From: Candidatus Spongiisociaceae bacterium
GTDB lineage: Bacteria; Actinomycetota; Acidimicrobiia; Spongiisociales; Spongiisociaceae
Length of the DNA: 64,000 nucleotides
Reading direction: 5' to 3'
Assembly: GCA_965262915.1 (NCBI GenBank)
Contig: OZ253564.1
Location: 2,080,001-2,144,000 of the forward strand
The position numbers and the translations under genes are program-made. This document shows, piece after piece, positions 62,335 to 64,000 of this stretch. Within the stretch, counting starts at the first letter, position 1. Each line of letters starts with the position of its first letter. The notes below the pieces were generated by a model. The model had not been told where the DNA came from, did no database searches, and worked only from the letters and a program-made list of their open reading frames with translations.

Positions 62335-64000
62335 ATGCCGGACGACGGTTTCGTTCACCTCCACGTTCACAGCGAGTTCTCGATGCTCGACGGCGCCGCA
62401 CGCATCGGCGACGCGGTCCGGGCCGTGGCAGCCGACGGCCAGACGGCTATCGGGCTGACCGACCACGGGGTCCTGTACGGGGCGGTTGACTTCTACAAGA
62501 CCGCCACCGCGGCCGGTATCAAGCCCGTTCTCGGTGTCGAGGGTTACCTAACCCCCGATTCACGGTTCGACCGACCGGTCCGGTCCGAGAACGTGAGGTA
62601 TCACATCACCCTCCTGGCCGAGAACCAGACGGGCTACCGCAACCTGGTCAAGCTGGTGAGCCGGGCCTACCTGGAGGGCTACTACTACAAACCGCGCATG
62701 GACCTCGAGTTGCTTGCCGAGTACGCGGAGGGGATCATCGCCACCTCGGGGTGCCTGGGCGGTCACGTGCCGCAGCTGCTGGATCCGGACGCCTCGCGGG
62801 AGGAGGGCAACACCGGTGGGGCCCGGGATGTGAGGGCGGCGGTCGCCGCGGCCGCCCTCTACCAGGACATCTTCGGTAAGGACCGCTTCTTCATAGAGCT
62901 GCATGACCACGGGTTGGCTGCCCAGCGGAGGATCCTGCCCGACCTGGTGGACATCTCCCGACGGATCGGGGCGCCGCTGCTGGCCACCAACGACGCCCAC
63001 TACACCCGGCGTGAGGAAGCCGAGGCTCACGATATCCTGCTGTGTATCCAGACCGCCTCGGTAATCGACGAACCGGATCGTCTCAAGTTCGAGGGGTCCG
63101 AGTACTACCTCAAGCCGGCGCGGGAGATGCGGGCTCTCTTCCCCCACGAAGAGTTCCCGGGCGCCTGCGACAACACCTTGTGGATCGCCGAACGAGCCCA
63201 GGTGGAACTCGACTTCGACCGGTTGCTGCTGCCCCACTTCCCGGTTCCCGGCGGCCACACCGCCATTTCTTACCTGCGCCGGCTCGTCATTGAGGGCGCA
63301 CGCGAACGCTACGGCGGGGACACCGGCGGATCGGTGGGGGAGCGTATCGAGCACGAGCTGAGGATCATCGAGGATATGGGATTCCCCGACTATTTCCTGA
63401 TCGTGTGGGATCTGATTCGCTATGCCAAGAAGCGCCGCATCCGGACCGGGCCGGGACGGGGGTCCGCGGCTGGTTCCATTGTTTCCTACTCGTTGGGAAT
63501 CACCGACCTCGATCCGCTGCAATACGGCCTGATCTTTGAACGGTTCCTCAATCCGGGCCGCCGGGAGATGCCCGACATCGACATGGACTTCGACGAGCGG
63601 TACCGGGCGGAGGTGATCCGTTACGCGGCGGATAGATACGGGTCCGACCACGTGGCTCAGATCGTCACTTTCTCCACCATCAAAGGCAAGCAGGCCATTC
63701 GCGACTCGGCACGGGTGCGGGGATTGCCCTACTCCCTGGGAGACCGGCTCGCCAAGCTCATGCCTCCCGCCGTACTGGGGAGGGAGGCATCGCTCGACAT
63801 CTGTTTCGAGACCCCCGCCGAGAACGCCGCCCAGGTCGTGAAGGACTGGCACACCAATGCAGCCGGCTTGCGGGACGCCTACCACACCGAGGAAGAGGTT
63901 CGACCGGTACTGGACTCGGCCCGGGATCTGGAGGGTCTGCGCCGACAGGACTCGATCCACGCCGCCGCCGTGGTCATATCTCCCGAGCCCCTCACCGATC
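62335..64000 (+). CDS. dnaE: DNA polymerase III alpha subunit, N-terminal part (runs off window end)
   Basis: Not in the ORF track. Manual translation shows FVHLHVHSEFSMLDG, TDHG, ATNDAHY, GPGRGSAAGS, FERFLNP, PDIDMDF. Confidence 0.96.
   Translation, partial: MPDDGFVHLHVHSEFSMLDGAARIGDAVRAVAADGQTAIGLTDHGVLYGAVDFYKTATAAGIKPVLGVEGYLTPDSRFDRPVRSENVRYHITLLAENQTGYRNLVKLVSRAYLEGYYYKPRMDLELLAEYAEGIIATSGCLGGHVPQLLDPDASREEGNTGGARDVRAAVAAAALYQDIFGKDRFFIELHDHGLAAQRRILPDLVDISRRIGAPLLATNDAHYTRREEAEAHDILLCIQTASVIDEPDRLKFEGSEYYLKPAREMRALFPHEEFPGACDNTLWIAERAQVELDFDRLLLPHFPVPGGHTAISYLRRLVIEGARERYGGDTGGSVGERIEHELRIIEDMGFPDYFLIVWDLIRYAKKRRIRTGPGRGSAAGSIVSYSLGITDLDPLQYGLIFERFLNPGRREMPDIDMDFDERYRAEVIRYAADRYGSDHVAQIVTFSTIKGKQAIRDSARVRGLPYSLGDRLAKLMPPAVLGREASLDICFETPAENAAQVVKDWHTNAAGLRDAYHTEEEVRPVLDSARDLEGLRRQDSIHAAAVVISPEPLTD

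Noticed and set aside
62560-63960. 466-aa minus-strand ORF and other long antisense ORFs (e.g. 2329-3777, 25931-27607)
   Set aside because: Shadow ORFs of high-GC genes on the opposite strand (dnaE, ilvB, fabD/fabH).
62335-64000. Intein in dnaE
   Set aside because: The visible part is colinear with ordinary DnaE motifs and shows no intein signature.

Overview
High-GC actinobacterial chromosome window; gene content and order suggest an Acidimicrobiia-like organism (inference). The backbone is housekeeping: ilvBNC-leuA with two leader-peptide elements, ilvD, a UvrD helicase with two HRDC domains, Hsp20, a ROK kinase, a fabD-fabH-fabG-acpP-fabF cluster, dinB, the dcw cluster (mraZ to divIVA, without murF), ileS, lspA, an RluA-family gene and the 5' part of dnaE. 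The intergenic space is rich in mobile DNA. It holds a three-level IS nest (IS30 in IS3 in IS1380), a decayed IS982, and an IS110 whose left end reads as a bridge RNA with guides matching both its own ends and a heptamer tandem repeat (CTGACAC). It also holds a dispersed heptamer-flanked repeat element (3 copies, 2 hit by ISs) and about three small MITE-like families, mostly at CTAG. Single-base frameshifts occur, including one in the essential mraY, so some may be sequencing errors. All product calls come from motifs read by eye, not from database searches.
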